Shown here in pieces: positions 62,221-62,690 of a DNA stretch of 62,690 bases. The position numbers and the translations under genes are program-made. This DNA is from a virus. Under the pieces are notes generated by a model. The model saw only the letters and a program-made list of their open reading frames with translations, searched no databases and was not told where the DNA came from. Within the stretch, counting starts at the first letter, position 1; every line of letters begins with the position of its first letter. The stretch is taken from IMG/VR virus record IMGVR_UViG_3300009156_000005, positions 1 to 62,690 of that record; one strand, given 5' to 3'.

Positions 62221-62277
62221 TATTGCAGTTGAAGCAATCAAGTTTAGCGGATTTTGTTTAGAGAGACAGGTCAATCA

Positions 62278-62690
62278 ATGAGCAACAAACCAGTAGCAAG
62301 CGTCTTGAATGAGTACGTACACGATCTACTTTTTAGCTTTGCCGGTCGTTCCTACAGTGAAGGCTATTTCACCGTCTACCAGCTTGATGATGGCACACGA
62401 GAAACACAGCTTTGTACGTTTCCGGTCTCGCCCGATGGCAAGTACCTAACAGCCTACGTGGAAGAGCATGTCACGAGCATCCAGGTGCGCGGTCGCAAGC
62501 TCAGCGCCTTTGCTATGTTCTTATCACAAGAAGAAGATGGCGGTCTCTTTCACTGGTGGAGTCTCGCCACAGATGATCAAGTCAATCTGGACGCAACGCG
62601 CTTTATCCCTTTTACCAATGAAGATGGCGTCTATGACTATATGGCAATCACAGCTACGCCAAAATCCGATGAGGATCGCGCCGCTATGCG
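62278..62690 (+). CDS. 5' part of the wrap-around ORF (hypothetical, about 171 aa in total; continues at 121-223)
   Basis: The ATG follows gagagacaggtcaatca. The ORF is open to the end of the window and in frame across the terminal repeat. Confidence 0.6.
   Translation, partial: MSNKPVASVLNEYVHDLLFSFAGRSYSEGYFTVYQLDDGTRETQLCTFPVSPDGKYLTAYVEEHVTSIQVRGRKLSAFAMFLSQEEDGGLFHWWSLATDDQVNLDATRFIPFTNEDGVYDYMAITATPKSDEDRAAM
62571..62690. repeat. Terminal direct repeat, right copy (identical to 1-120)
   Basis: Exact 120-nt identity with the window start. Confidence 0.95.

Noticed and set aside
1-62690. tRNA, tmRNA or rRNA genes
   Set aside because: A by-eye scan for T-loop (GGTTCGAATCC-like) and cloverleaf signatures found only coincidental matches inside coding regions (for example 12068 and 34525). 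A tRNAscan-type run is still advisable.

Overview
The window is a complete tailed-phage genome that closes on itself. The first 120 nt are identical to the last 120 nt, giving a unit length of about 62,570 bp, and one ORF reads across the junction.

Layout:
- 22.6-51.4 kb (+): late operon. It runs small and large terminase, portal, Mu-F-like head protein, scaffold, decoration protein, major capsid, connectors, major tail protein, tail chaperone with a -1 frameshift, tape measure, a 1040-aa tail protein, a 2618-aa tail fibre and a lysis cassette.
- 52.1-58.3 kb (-): replication and recombination. It holds a RecT-like protein, a DnaB-like helicase, a DnaD-like initiator with embedded iterons, a primase-like protein and a ribbon-helix-helix (RHH) regulator.
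- 59.0 kb through the junction to 0.5 kb (+): small early genes, including an HNH endonuclease.
- 7.9-22.4 kb (mostly -): accessory and maintenance genes. These are ParA plus a partner, a Phd/RelE toxin-antitoxin pair, a XerC/D-like tyrosine recombinase, two orphan ParB-domain proteins and a GIY-YIG nuclease. Together they suggest a plasmid-like prophage.

Most unusual observations:
1. About 1.37 kb (9818-11195) has no credible ORF and consists of about 43 same-orientation degenerate repeats. The modal period is 31 bp and the core is GCCGTTGC. It starts at the stop codon of a 196-aa protein whose motif order resembles a Cas7/Csm3-type RAMP (CRISPR repeat-associated protein fold).
2. A 6.5-kb island (about 1170-7640) has its own oligonucleotide vocabulary. 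I counted about 27 AAGCTT sites there by eye and found none elsewhere. CCGGCACCGG words occur in several reading frames and in spacers. The island carries an AAA+ operon of unknown function.
3. A 19-bp inverted-repeat operator-like motif recurs at six regulatory junctions.
4. Several plus-oriented terminators and promoters sit inside minus-strand gene blocks, which suggests antisense RNAs.

All domain calls come from motif recognition by eye. No database search was run.
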